From positions 1 through 18,357 of the forward strand of contig CAIYQO010000315.1 in assembly GCA_903928345.1 (NCBI GenBank): DNA of 18,357 nucleotides. Reading direction: 5' to 3'. Positions 1 through 8,119 of the stretch are shown in pieces (the stretch's first letter is position 1; each line of letters begins with the position of its first letter). A program made the translations under genes and the position numbers. Source of the stretch: an uncultured bacterium. Lineage in GTDB: Bacteria > Armatimonadota > Hebobacteria > CAIYQO01. The notes under the pieces are model-generated. The model did not search any database. It was not told the DNA's origin and saw only the letters and a list, made by a program, of their open reading frames with translations.

Positions 1-30
1 GTATAGTTGCCAGTGGTGGCAATCAAGTAT

Positions 31-300
31 TCAGTGTATTGGCGTGCGGTGAGCATAGCAGCAACAGGGGTATACCCACTCACCAAAGACACCAAACATT
101 ACGATATCGTTATGGAGTAGCAAAGCGAAAGTCCTAATATTATAGATGGGGATGATGGCAGCCCATCCCGGTCGGCCGGCTTTATCGAAGACCTTCCATG
201 CGCCGGCGATCATTAGGATCACGACCGCGAGCCAAACCAGGCTCATCATGCCGAACATGCCGGCTGCCGCGCCGGCTGCACCTGCAGAACTACTGTCCAT
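31..300 (-). CDS. small integral membrane protein with conserved AWKVF-KAG-PGW-A-IPIYN motif (uncharacterised DUF-type family); possibly 3'-truncated or divergent
   Basis: ORF track 89 aa. AGGAGG lies 5 nt upstream of the ATG at 300 (reverse complement of 304-309). One predicted TM helix (MMSLVWLAVVILMIAGAW) is followed by the motif KVFDKAGRPGWAAIIPIYN, which I recognise from small bacterial membrane proteins. The C-terminal about 30 aa run into an AT-rich block (positions 1-170), lack the remainder of the usual family sequence, and contain an odd CCC run. Confidence 0.45.
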   Translation of the reverse strand: MDSSSAGAAGAAAGMFGMMSLVWLAVVILMIAGAWKVFDKAGRPGWAAIIPIYNIRTFALLLHNDIVMFGVFGEWVYPCCCYAHRTPIH

Positions 301-415
301 GTGTGCCTCCTACTTATGATGTTGATATCCACACGCGGGGACCGCGATGTGTTCCTGGACTTCCTGCCGGACTTCAGCACCGATTCGGGGGCCATCCTGG
401 CGCAGGCTTATTTAT

Positions 416-444
416 ACGATAACGGAAAAGAAGCGGTAATGCAA
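416..444 (-). promoter_or_regulatory. candidate sigma70 promoter for the 31..300 gene (TTGCAT-17-TATCGT on minus strand)
   Basis: The reverse complement of 439-444 is TTGCAT and of 416-421 is TATCGT, with a 17-nt spacer. The -10 is weak. Confidence 0.25.
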
Positions 445-574
445 GAGTGAGGCGGGATTATCTTTTCCGGATGATTATATCAGCCGTCGCACCCTTGACG
501 AGGAAGAGGAAAAAGAGGATAGTTATGGCTACATCGGTTAAATACGCCGGTGAATCCTCCAAGGAGGCCCTGGT

Positions 575-1660
575 ATGAAACGCGGTTTTACTCTTATCGA
601 ACTGCTGGTCGTGATAGCGATCATAGCTATCCTCGCTGCCATTCTTTTCCCGGTCTTCGCCAAAGCGCGCGAAAAGGCCCGCCAGACGAGCTGCCTGAAC
701 AATCAGCGCCAGATCTGCCTGGCGGCGACGATGTACTGCCAGGATCACGACGAGATGTTCCCCACCGCCGACAACTTCTGGGGCGCCATCAGTCTGGACA
801 AGGGTGTGCTCATCTGTCCCACCAAGGGCACCAAGACGCTCAACGGGTATCTGTTCAACGGCGGCGCCAACGGATTTCACATGTCCGGGCGCGCGCTGGG
901 CGAGATCAAGAACCCCTCCACCGCCATGGTCACCGCCGACGGCGTGCTGAACACCATCCCCGCCGGCTGGGAAGACCCCAACGGCGGCACCACGCTGGTG
1001 GGCCACGCGATCACCGAGGCCGTCGACGAGACGCGCCACGGCGGCACCTTCTGCATCTTCGCTTGCCTGGACGGCCACGTGGAAATCGGCACCGCGACGA
1101 ACGTCGAATCCGCCTTCTACGGCGCCGGCGCCTCGCTGCCCGTGTATACGAAGAACCTGATCTGGGAAGACGGCTGGGGCGACGGGGCCAACGGCGTGAC
1201 GAAAGAAGTCACCTCCGTGCCCGGCACGGTACCCTACACCGGCGGCTCCTGCCTGAAGATATGGGGCAACTACTGCCAGTTCAATGGTGCGCAGAACACC
1301 CTCACCTGGCCGGCGGGCATGTCGATCAAGGGGTGGTACTACTTCCCGTCCAACGCGCCGGCGGATGCTACCTTCAGCTACGACGTCTACGGCAACGGCG
1401 GGACGACGGGCGCCACCTGGCAGGGCGCCTATTACGGTACCACCGCGCTGTCGAACCAGGGTACGCCGAAGCAGAAGTCGGCCACCATCGTGCGCGGGGT
1501 CTGGACCGCCTTCACGCTGACAAATACGGACTTCAATACCACGCCGAACCCCTTCGTCCTACCGATCACCATGCCGTCCTCCCCGGTGATGGGCTACGCC
1601 GGCACCGGCGCGGGCATCAACGGGCAGTGCTGCTACGTGGACGGCCTGCGCTTCGAATGA
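575..1660 (+). CDS. DUF1559 (H-X9-DG) domain protein with N-terminal prepilin-type cleavage/methylation signal (type II secretion pseudopilin-like)
   Basis: The N-terminus [28 protein letters not shown] is a classic prepilin leader with a hydrophobic helix. The following [35 protein letters not shown] is typical of DUF1559. The H-X9-DG signature reads ...[18 protein letters not shown] lies 9 nt upstream of the ATG at 575. Confidence 0.9.
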   Translation: MKRGFTLIELLVVIAIIAILAAILFPVFAKAREKARQTSCLNNQRQICLAATMYCQDHDEMFPTADNFWGAISLDKGVLICPTKGTKTLNGYLFNGGANGFHMSGRALGEIKNPSTAMVTADGVLNTIPAGWEDPNGGTTLVGHAITEAVDETRHGGTFCIFACLDGHVEIGTATNVESAFYGAGASLPVYTKNLIWEDGWGDGANGVTKEVTSVPGTVPYTGGSCLKIWGNYCQFNGAQNTLTWPAGMSIKGWYYFPSNAPADATFSYDVYGNGGTTGATWQGAYYGTTALSNQGTPKQKSATIVRGVWTAFTLTNTDFNTTPNPFVLPITMPSSPVMGYAGTGAGINGQCCYVDGLRFE

Positions 1661-1670
1661 CCTGAAGGTT

Positions 1671-1691
1671 TGCAGGGACTGTCCCGTGACG
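1671..1691. repeat. repeat family A copy (TGCAGGGACTGTCCCGTGACG), palindromic core GGGACTGTCCC
   Basis: It starts about 10 nt after the stop of the DUF1559 gene. The same 21-24 nt motif recurs at 1757-1777, inverted at 1791-1812, and again at 18246-18267 and 18334-18357. Confidence 0.7.
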
Positions 1692-1756
1692 TTCCGTGTG
1701 CGCGTTGCGCGACCGTCTGCCTGCTAGCCTGGAAGCAATAACCTGGTATCGGAAGA

Positions 1757-1812
1757 CTACAGGGGCTGTCCCGTGGCGCATTGATAACCTACGCCACGGG
1801 ACAGTCCCTGCA
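1757..1812. repeat. repeat family A hairpin: two inverted family-A copies (19-bp arms, 1 mismatch) around a 13-nt loop
   Basis: ACAGGGGCTGTCCCGTGGCG (1758-1777), loop CATTGATAACCTA, then CGCCACGGGACAGTCCCTGCAG (1791-1812). It lies between the convergent genes at 575..1660 (+) and 1816..2553 (-) and could act as a bidirectional terminator, though no U-tract follows. Confidence 0.7.
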
Positions 1813-1815
1813 GAG

Positions 1816-2553
1816 CTACGCCGGCCGTTCGTCCAGCAAAATCTCCCCCTCGATGCCCACGATGACGCGGTAGAGGGGGATTTCCACCCCGGCGCTTTGT
1901 TGGGCCAGCGTCACCAGGCGTTCCAGCCCGCGGCAGCAAGGCACCTGCATCATCACGATGGTGATGCTGCGCAGGCCGGCCTCGACGATCATGGTCGCCA
2001 GCTTCTCCACGTACCCCTGCGGATCGTCGAGTTTCGGGCAGGCGATGGCCAGTGCGTGGCCGGTGAGGAACTGTCGGTGGAAGTCGCCATGGGCGAAGGC
2101 CGCGCAATCCGCCGCCAGCAGCAGGTCGGCGTCGCGGAAATACGGCGCCGTGGGCGCGACCAGGTGCAGTTGCACCGGCCATTGCGCCAGCGCGCTGGCC
2201 GCGGGGGCCGTCGCCGTCGTGGCGGCAGGGGCTTTGGGCGCGAAGGCGCGCATCTGCGACCCCGGGCACCCGGCGTGGTGCGCGTGCGCGGGGGACGGCG
2301 CCGGGCGGCCCAGCGTCTGCAAGTGCGTCGCCACCGCGGCTTCGTCGAAGGCGGGGGCGTCACGCTCGATGATGGTGATGGCCCCTTGCGGGCAGTCCGC
2401 CAGGCAGGCGCCCAGCCCGTCGCAATAGTCGTCCTTCACCAGCCGCGCCTTGCCGTCGATCAGTTGAATAGCCCCCTCCGCGCAGGAACCGACGCACAGC
2501 CCGCACCCGTTGCACAAGGCCGCCTCGATCTGCACGATCTTGCGTGTCGCCAT
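1816..2553 (-). CDS. 4Fe-4S dicluster ferredoxin-domain protein with Cys-containing C-terminal domain
   Basis: There are two CxxCxxCxxxCP motifs (CNGCGLCVGSCAEGAI and CDGLGACLADCPQGAI). The C-terminal domain carries further conserved Cys (ADCAAF, IACPKLDDP, PCCRG). The start was moved to the internal ATG (MATRKIV...) because GGAGGGGG lies 6-8 nt upstream; the ORF-track start at 2586 has no SD. Confidence 0.8.
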   Translation of the reverse strand: MATRKIVQIEAALCNGCGLCVGSCAEGAIQLIDGKARLVKDDYCDGLGACLADCPQGAITIIERDAPAFDEAAVATHLQTLGRPAPSPAHAHHAGCPGSQMRAFAPKAPAATTATAPAASALAQWPVQLHLVAPTAPYFRDADLLLAADCAAFAHGDFHRQFLTGHALAIACPKLDDPQGYVEKLATMIVEAGLRSITIVMMQVPCCRGLERLVTLAQQSAGVEIPLYRVIVGIEGEILLDERPA

Positions 2554-2815
2554 AGGATACCCCCTCCGTCGCATTGACACCCGCATGATACCACGCGCGG
2601 CGCGCCTTCGCTATGATTTCGGTCATAGGCGCGGCGGGTCTCGCAGCACGCCCCATTTTCCGCCATTCCGCCCCACGCACGATTTTGCGCGATTTTTGCG
2701 TCAAAACGTAACAAAAGAAAACTCGTGTTTGCATGTTGGTAACAAGCGTGTGCATTGGTGACCGAAAAAAGGTGGAAAAGGAGGCAAAAAATATCGCTTG
2801 CTTCCTTACCGAGCT

Positions 2816-2845
2816 ATTGACAGCCCGGCGGGGGGCGGCGTAAAA
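2816..2845 (+). promoter_or_regulatory. near-consensus sigma70 promoter upstream of mraZ (TTGACA-18-TAAAAT)
   Basis: TTGACA at 2816-2821, an 18-nt GC-rich spacer, then TAAAAT at 2840-2845. The predicted TSS is about 2852, about 44 nt upstream of the mraZ ATG. Confidence 0.55.
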
Positions 2846-2881
2846 TGGCGCTGTCCGGTGGAAAATGGCGCGATCCGGCGA
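2843..2881 (+). promoter_or_regulatory. 20-bp tandem direct repeat (AAAATGGCGCnnTCCGGYG x2) overlapping the -10/TSS; candidate MraZ operator
   Basis: AAAATGGCGCTGTCCGGTGG at 2843-2862 is followed directly by AAAATGGCGCGATCCGGCG at 2863-2881. MraZ is known to autoregulate through direct repeats in its own promoter in E. coli. GGTGGAAAA also occurs at about 2771. Confidence 0.45.
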
Positions 2882-2895
2882 ATTGCGGGACTTGT

Positions 2896-3339
2896 ATGGG
2901 CGTTTACGGCGAATCCGAGCATCAGATCGACGATAACGGTCGCATCAATATCCCTCGTCGTTTTCAAGCATTGTTTGAACACGGGGGCTTCCTCACTCGC
3001 GCCTTAAACAGCCTGTCGCTGGTCTATTACACGCACGCGGCGTGGCAGGAGATTCAGGATCGGCTCAACGCCGTCGATTTCTCCGAGCAAGCCGCCGACG
3101 ACGTGGCCCGCTACTTCAGCATCGGCACGGAAGTGCGCTTGGACGGGCAGGGCCGGCTGACGATTCCGCCCAACCTGCGCCGCCGCGCCAACCTGGACAA
3201 AGACTTGACGTTGCTCGCCATCGGCAATCGGCTGGAGATCTGGAACTCCGCGGCCTGGCAGGCCTACGACAACGAACGTTTGACGCCCGGCAATTTGGGG
3301 CAAGCCCTGAGCGCGCTCAACCCGCGCCGTGCGGGCTGA
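2896..3339 (+). CDS. mraZ: transcriptional regulator MraZ
   Basis: It carries the duplicated MraZ/SpoVT-AbrB-like halves with signature GESEHQIDDNGRINIPRRF and DGQGRLTIPPNLRRR. The start was moved from the ORF-track ATG at 2845 to the ATG at 2896 (MGVYGESEH...), which matches the usual MraZ N-terminus and lies downstream of the predicted TSS. rsmH follows. Confidence 0.85.
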   Translation: MGVYGESEHQIDDNGRINIPRRFQALFEHGGFLTRALNSLSLVYYTHAAWQEIQDRLNAVDFSEQAADDVARYFSIGTEVRLDGQGRLTIPPNLRRRANLDKDLTLLAIGNRLEIWNSAAWQAYDNERLTPGNLGQALSALNPRRAG

Positions 3340-3354
3340 CCGCGGAGCCCGGCT

Positions 3355-4317
3355 ATGGACCGTGACAATGTAGAAACCGGAGCGGTGGACGCTCTCCACC
3401 ATGAGCCGGTCATGCTCGCCGAAGTGCTGGCGTACCTGGATCCCCAACCGGGGAAGACCATCGTAGACGCCACGCTGGGCGGCGGGGGCCATGCGCACGC
3501 CATTTGCGAGCGCCTCGGCCCCACGGGCCGCCTGATCGGCCTCGAGCAGGACGCCGACGCGCTGGCGCGGGCGCGGCGCCGGCTACACGGCTTTCCGGTC
3601 ACCTACGTGCACGAGAACTTTCGGCACCTTGACAACATCATATCGCATCTTGACCTCGGCTCCGTTGACGGGTATTTCTTCGACCTGGGGGTTTCTTCCT
3701 TCCAGCTCGACACCCCGGAGCGCGGATTCAGCTTTCGCTTCGACGCCCCGCTGGATATGCGCATGGACACCCGGATGCCCGACACCGCCGAGGACTTGAT
3801 TAACCGGATGACGGAGAGTGAGCTTATGCACATTTTTCTCGAATCCGGTTATGGACGGTGGGCGCGACGCCTGGCCAAAGCTGTTACCACGTCTCGGCAA
3901 CTATCACCGATCACCACGACCGCCACATTCGCCGCTTTAATCGCCGCAACGATTCCCGGACACCATCACAGCAAGATTCACCCTGCGACCAAGGCCTTCC
4001 AGGCCTTAAGGATCGCTGTCAATGATGAGATCGCCGCCCTGCATGCCGCATTGATCGCCGCCACCCATCACAGCAACGTCGCCGCACGCATTGTCGTCCT
4101 GTCCTACCACAGCTTGGAGGATGGAGAAACGAAACGGACGTTCCAATACCTCGCCGGCCGGCGTCCGCCCCCGTCCAATCCCTATGACCCGGAGCCTCCT
4201 GCCTTACCGCAGTTGCTCTCCGTGCTCACGAAAAAACCGTTGATCCCGTCGCCGGAAGAGATCCGGCGCAATCCGCGCAGTCGCAGCGCCAAGCTGCGCG
4301 CCGCGGAACGACTGTAG
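3355..4317 (+). CDS. rsmH: 16S rRNA (cytosine1402-N4)-methyltransferase RsmH (MraW)
   Basis: Motifs HEPVMLAEVL, DATLGGGGHA, DLGVSSFQLDTPERGFSF, DMRMD, SYHSLEDG and NPRSRSAKLR are all present. The position after mraZ is conserved. Confidence 0.9.
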   Translation: MDRDNVETGAVDALHHEPVMLAEVLAYLDPQPGKTIVDATLGGGGHAHAICERLGPTGRLIGLEQDADALARARRRLHGFPVTYVHENFRHLDNIISHLDLGSVDGYFFDLGVSSFQLDTPERGFSFRFDAPLDMRMDTRMPDTAEDLINRMTESELMHIFLESGYGRWARRLAKAVTTSRQLSPITTTATFAALIAATIPGHHHSKIHPATKAFQALRIAVNDEIAALHAALIAATHHSNVAARIVVLSYHSLEDGETKRTFQYLAGRRPPPSNPYDPEPPALPQLLSVLTKKPLIPSPEEIRRNPRSRSAKLRAAERL

Positions 4318-4538
4318 CCCCGCGCCTTTCCCGGGTATGGGCCACGCGCCCGTGCCTTGTCCGGCCAAGTCGGCCGGGCTGTGTCCCGAATCCCCAAACC
4401 GCGTGTGTTCGCGGGGCGTGGATGCCTGAGGGTCGCCTCGGGTATCGCCCCATCGTCGCCGTTCGACTTTTGCCGACGGGCTCGTCCCGTCTCCTAGCCC
4501 GCTCATTGCAACATCGCGTCATACCCGAGGTGGCCGTC

Positions 4539-5057
4539 ATGGCAGCTCTTGCGCAACGCACAGTTTGGTTGGAACCCGACGTCACCACCGAATCACCGGC
4601 GGTGGCGGTACGCCCTCGTCGGCGCACCCGCACTACCCCGCTCCTGTGGTCTCATACCGCCGTCGCCGTCAGCGTCGTCGCGCTCGGTGCGGCGTTGCTC
4701 CTCGCCTACGTGCATAGCTACGCGCGCCTGGCGGAGGGGGAATTCCACCGCCAGCGCCTGCAGACGGAGATCGCCCAACTGCAGCGCGACAACATCGCCC
4801 TCGGCCTGGAACTCGACCGGCTGGGCGCGCAGGCGCGCGTCTCCGAGTTGGCCAAGGCGCAGGGTCTGGAACTGCCCACCATGGACCGCGTGCAGTATGC
4901 CCGCGTGACGGCCCCCGCCGCCGTGGTCGTGGCGCAAGCGCCCAAACCCGCCCACTCCTGGCTGGCGCGGGCCGGCGCGTCCTTCCTGACCGCCATGGGA
5001 CACACCGTGCAGCGCATCAGCCGCGGTCCCGGCACACCGGCCTACGCGCAGGATTAA
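4539..5057 (+). CDS. ftsL: cell division protein FtsL-like (septum formation initiator family; single TM plus coiled coil)
   Basis: It sits between rsmH and ftsI. It has a TM helix (AVAVSVVALGAALLLAYV) followed by a leucine-zipper-like coiled coil (RLQTEIAQLQRDNIALGLELDRLGAQARVSELA). The start was chosen at the ATG at 4539, with GAGGTGG 8 nt upstream; the ORF-track start at 4422 gives an unlikely 39-aa extension. Confidence 0.65.
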   Translation: MAALAQRTVWLEPDVTTESPAVAVRPRRRTRTTPLLWSHTAVAVSVVALGAALLLAYVHSYARLAEGEFHRQRLQTEIAQLQRDNIALGLELDRLGAQARVSELAKAQGLELPTMDRVQYARVTAPAAVVVAQAPKPAHSWLARAGASFLTAMGHTVQRISRGPGTPAYAQD

Positions 5058-5143
5058 CCCGGTGGGCCGGCGGGCAAGAGAGAGACAGCCGCGCCGCGCC
5101 CCCGCCGACCGGCGGGACGCCGCGCTACAGCGTAATTCTGGTC

Positions 5144-5175
5144 GCGACATCCCTTGCCCCGGCAAGGGATGTCGC
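5144..5175 (+). promoter_or_regulatory. perfect 15-bp-stem hairpin (GCGACATCCCTTGCC cc GGCAAGGGATGTCGC) in the ftsL-ftsI spacer; possible attenuator or terminator
   Basis: It is a perfect inverted repeat. Only a weak U-tract follows (TGTTAACGGGTT). It lies 87 nt after the ftsL stop. Confidence 0.5.
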
Positions 5176-5180
5176 TGTTA

Positions 5181-5250
5181 ACGGGTTCAACGTTGAAGGT
5201 GCAAAGTTGAGCGTGCTGCTACCCGTTGAACGTTGAACTTTGCACGTTGC
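5181..5250 (+). promoter_or_regulatory. cluster of palindromes and direct repeats (TTCAACGTTGAA perfect 12-bp palindrome; GTGCAAAGTT / AACTTTGCAC inverted pair) immediately upstream of ftsI
   Basis: ACGGGTTCAACGTTGAAGGTGCAAAGTTG ... ACCCGTTGAACGTTGAACTTTGCACGTTG: two about 27-nt segments that are partly direct and partly inverted copies of each other. This looks like a protein operator or an RNA structure. A weak TTGAAC-18-TATTTC promoter candidate lies at about 5234-5263. Confidence 0.4.
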
Positions 5251-5300
5251 ACTCCGTATTTCGGTACGCGGAACCGGCGTTGCCATGAGGGAACCGGCAG

Positions 5301-7952
5301 ATGGCGACCTGGCTTTCAGGATACAGTCGACAACATCGCACCATCCGGCGCAACGCCGTCATCTGGTGCGGCATCTTCGCGGCGGTCTTTCTCTTGTTGG
5401 GCTGCCGCCTCCTCTGGTTGCAGACGGTACGCGGCCACTTCCTGCAGGCGCAGGCGGCGAGCTACATCAACCGCATCGAAGTGCTGGCCGCCCGCCGCGG
5501 CGAATTGCTCGACCGCGACCACAAGGCGCTGGCCCTCGACGACACCCGCGACTCCCTCTACGTCGATCCCGAGATGGTGGATAACGCCGCCTTCGTCGCC
5601 GGCCAACTGGCGCCGGTGATCGGCCGCCCGGAGCAGGAGATCGTCGACACCATCACCCGGCAGCTCCCCTTCATCTGGATCAAGCAAGCCATCGCGCCCA
5701 CCATCGCCACCACCGTGGACAGCCTGAAACTGCCCGGCGTCACCGTACAGGCGGACGGCGCGCGTTACCGCGTGGGTGCCAACCCGGCGTTGCTGCCGGC
5801 GAGCACCGGCGTGGCCGCCGCGCTGGCCACCGCCGCGGGGATGAAGCAGGCGACGCTGATCACGGCGTTGGGCATCCCCACCGCGCTGCCGCAGGAACAG
5901 AGCGGTCCGGTGGATCCGGAAGCCGACATGCCGGCCAAAGGCGCCCCCGCAAAACACGCCGCCAAGGTGGCGAAGCCCGCTCCCGCCCCCGTGAAGCCGC
6001 TGCCCCCGCCCCCGTCGGAGCAACGCTGGCTGCCGGGCGAGTTCAACGAGGCCTCGGCCAACGCGGTGCAGGCGCTGCACTTCACCGGTGTCACGGTGGA
6101 GAAGCTCGGTCCCAGCTTTTCCGTGGGTGTCGACCCGCGCCTCTACCTGAACCACACCGCGCCGATGACCGCCGACGCCGTGGCCGACCGCCTGGCGCCG
6201 CTCCTCGGTATGACCCACGACGCCGTGGTGCGCCGCCTGCTCTTCAAGCCGCGCTTCGCCTGGCTCTACCGCGGCCTTTCCGAGGAGATGAGCAACGCGG
6301 TGCAAAAGCTGCAGGGCACCTTCTACGTGCTCACGCCGGGCATCGCCGCCAGCGTCCCGTTGAAGGACGAGAAGACGGCGGACCCCGAGGCGCGCCTGAC
6401 GGCCGTGGTGGAGCGGCTGTATAAGATGATCAACCCGCAGCCGAAGCACGTGAAGCGCGGCCAGACGCCGGAGCCGGTAGTGGAGCTGATCTCCCATGAC
6501 GCGATCCGCGCCAAGCTGGTTGCCGGAGCGGCGCCCGGGCCGCTCATCGAGAAGCTCGATGACGGCCGCCCGGTGCTCTCCATCATCCGCCGCCTGAAGC
6601 AGGAGCCCATCCCCGGCGTGGTCTACGGCCTGCCGGGCGTGAGCACCAAGCAGGAGCGCCGCCGCCGCTACCCGTTCAGCAACATGGCCTCCGCCACGCT
6701 GGGCTTCGTGGGGTATTGGAACGACGCCTTCCACGGCGCCTTCGGGCTGGAACAGTCGGAGGACAAGACGCTGCGCGGCGAAGATGGCAAGATCAAACGG
6801 GAGATCGACACCCATCGCATGTCCATCCCCGAAAGCGACGTAATGCTGAAGGCGCCGGTGAACGGCTGCAACGTGGTGACCACGCTGAGCACCGACATCC
6901 AGCAGGTGGCGGACGACGAGTTGGGCAAGGCGGTGGACGCCACCCACGCGCTGCGCGGCGCCTGCGTGGTGATGGATTGCAACACCGGCGAGATCCTCGC
7001 CATGGCGACCTACCCGAACTGGGACGCCAACGCGCCGGGGAAATCCACGCTGCCGCTGGTGCACACCGCGGTGAGCAACTGGTACGAGCCGGGTTCGACC
7101 TTCAAAACGATGACCGTGCTGGCCGCGTTGGAGGAAGGCACGATCCACGACGGGGAGAACGTGACGTACTGCTCCGGCGCCCTGACGGTGGGCAACCACA
7201 CCATTCACGAGGCGCACGGCGCGCACGGCGAGGTGGACTGCGGGCGCCTGCTGGAGCAGTCCTGCAACCTGGGTGCCGCCACGCTGGCCATGAAACTCGG
7301 CCCGACGCGCTTCCTCAAGTGGTGCGACCGGCTGGGCTTCGGCAAGCCGACGGGGGTCGAGATCGCTAACGAATCCACCGGTTCTCTCAACCGCCTTAAC
7401 TGCGAGCGCGCGAAGATCACGCTGGCGAACGAGGGGTTCGGGCAGAGCATGGCCGTCACCCCACTGCAGATGCTCGCGCTCTACTCCGCCGTGGCCAACG
7501 GCGGCTACCTGGTGAAACCGCACCTGGTGAGCGCGCGCGAGCTGCCCGACGGCAGCTATCAGCCGGTGACCACGACGCGTACGCGGGTGTGCAAGGCGGA
7601 AACCGCCTCACTGATGCGCGGCTACCTGGAGCGGGTGGTCACCAAGGGCACCGGCAAGGCCGCCGCCATCCCCGGCTACCGCATCGGCGGCAAAACGGGC
7701 ACCGCGCAAAAGGCCGGCGTGGGCGGCTTCCGCCCCGGCAAGTATATCGGCAGCTTCATCGGCTTCCTGCCGGTGGAAAAGCCCCGCCTCGCCATCGTGG
7801 CCCTTATCGACGAGCCGCAAGGCGCCCACTACGGCGGCGTGATCGCCGCCCCGGTGGTCAGCGCCGTAGGCCGCCGCGCCATGGAATTTCTCAGCATCCC
7901 GCCCTCGAAGATCGTCACCACGAAAACGGCGAAACCCGCGGCTGAGCATTGA
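5301..7952 (+). CDS. ftsI: peptidoglycan D,D-transpeptidase FtsI / class B penicillin-binding protein with greatly expanded N-terminal module
   Basis: The N-terminal TM anchor is VIWCGIFAAVFLLLGCRLLWL. The transpeptidase motifs are SxxK (EPGSTFKT), SxN (EQSCNLG) and KTG (GGKTGTA). Its position after ftsL is conserved. At 883 aa it is about 300 aa longer than typical FtsI; the extra sequence precedes the transpeptidase domain and includes a Pro/Ala/Lys-rich linker (KGAPAKHAAKVAKPAPAPVKPLPPPPSEQ). Confidence 0.9.
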   Translation: MATWLSGYSRQHRTIRRNAVIWCGIFAAVFLLLGCRLLWLQTVRGHFLQAQAASYINRIEVLAARRGELLDRDHKALALDDTRDSLYVDPEMVDNAAFVAGQLAPVIGRPEQEIVDTITRQLPFIWIKQAIAPTIATTVDSLKLPGVTVQADGARYRVGANPALLPASTGVAAALATAAGMKQATLITALGIPTALPQEQSGPVDPEADMPAKGAPAKHAAKVAKPAPAPVKPLPPPPSEQRWLPGEFNEASANAVQALHFTGVTVEKLGPSFSVGVDPRLYLNHTAPMTADAVADRLAPLLGMTHDAVVRRLLFKPRFAWLYRGLSEEMSNAVQKLQGTFYVLTPGIAASVPLKDEKTADPEARLTAVVERLYKMINPQPKHVKRGQTPEPVVELISHDAIRAKLVAGAAPGPLIEKLDDGRPVLSIIRRLKQEPIPGVVYGLPGVSTKQERRRRYPFSNMASATLGFVGYWNDAFHGAFGLEQSEDKTLRGEDGKIKREIDTHRMSIPESDVMLKAPVNGCNVVTTLSTDIQQVADDELGKAVDATHALRGACVVMDCNTGEILAMATYPNWDANAPGKSTLPLVHTAVSNWYEPGSTFKTMTVLAALEEGTIHDGENVTYCSGALTVGNHTIHEAHGAHGEVDCGRLLEQSCNLGAATLAMKLGPTRFLKWCDRLGFGKPTGVEIANESTGSLNRLNCERAKITLANEGFGQSMAVTPLQMLALYSAVANGGYLVKPHLVSARELPDGSYQPVTTTRTRVCKAETASLMRGYLERVVTKGTGKAAAIPGYRIGGKTGTAQKAGVGGFRPGKYIGSFIGFLPVEKPRLAIVALIDEPQGAHYGGVIAAPVVSAVGRRAMEFLSIPPSKIVTTKTAKPAAEH

Positions 7953-8119
7953 CTTGCAGGGGCTATCCCCAATACGGTTCAGCTAAGCGTTTCGCGCTCC
8001 CGCGCGACCCCCGCCGCCCCGCTTGTTCCCCCCCAACAACAGATGTTCCGGTTGCGCGCGCACGCGGGGGGGATGATGGCAGTACGCTGTAGGATATTCG
8101 CGCAGGAAGGGGGCGCAGC

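Noticed and set aside
550-1665. 371-aa plus-strand ORF overlapping the DUF1559 gene in another frame
   Set aside because: Arg/Pro-rich frame-shifted artefact. The 575..1660 frame carries the prepilin leader and H-X9-DG signature.
1669-1812. Possible CRISPR array (21-24-nt repeats with about 66-nt spacers)
   Set aside because: There are only two direct copies per locus plus an inverted copy. Spacers are twice the usual length, repeats are shorter than typical CRISPR repeats, there are no cas genes, and the units sit at gene 3' ends. The features fit a REP-like element better.
4318-4538. Possible tRNA or small RNA gene in the long rsmH-ftsL spacer
   Set aside because: There is no cloverleaf-compatible arrangement or T-loop GTTCRANYC motif. 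Only a short CCGGCC/GGCCGG hairpin is present, which is insufficient to call an RNA gene.
5316-7523. 735-aa minus-strand ORF antisense to ftsI
   Set aside because: Arg/Gly/Ala-rich low-complexity translation typical of antisense frames in high-GC DNA. It overlaps a confidently identified FtsI with all catalytic motifs.
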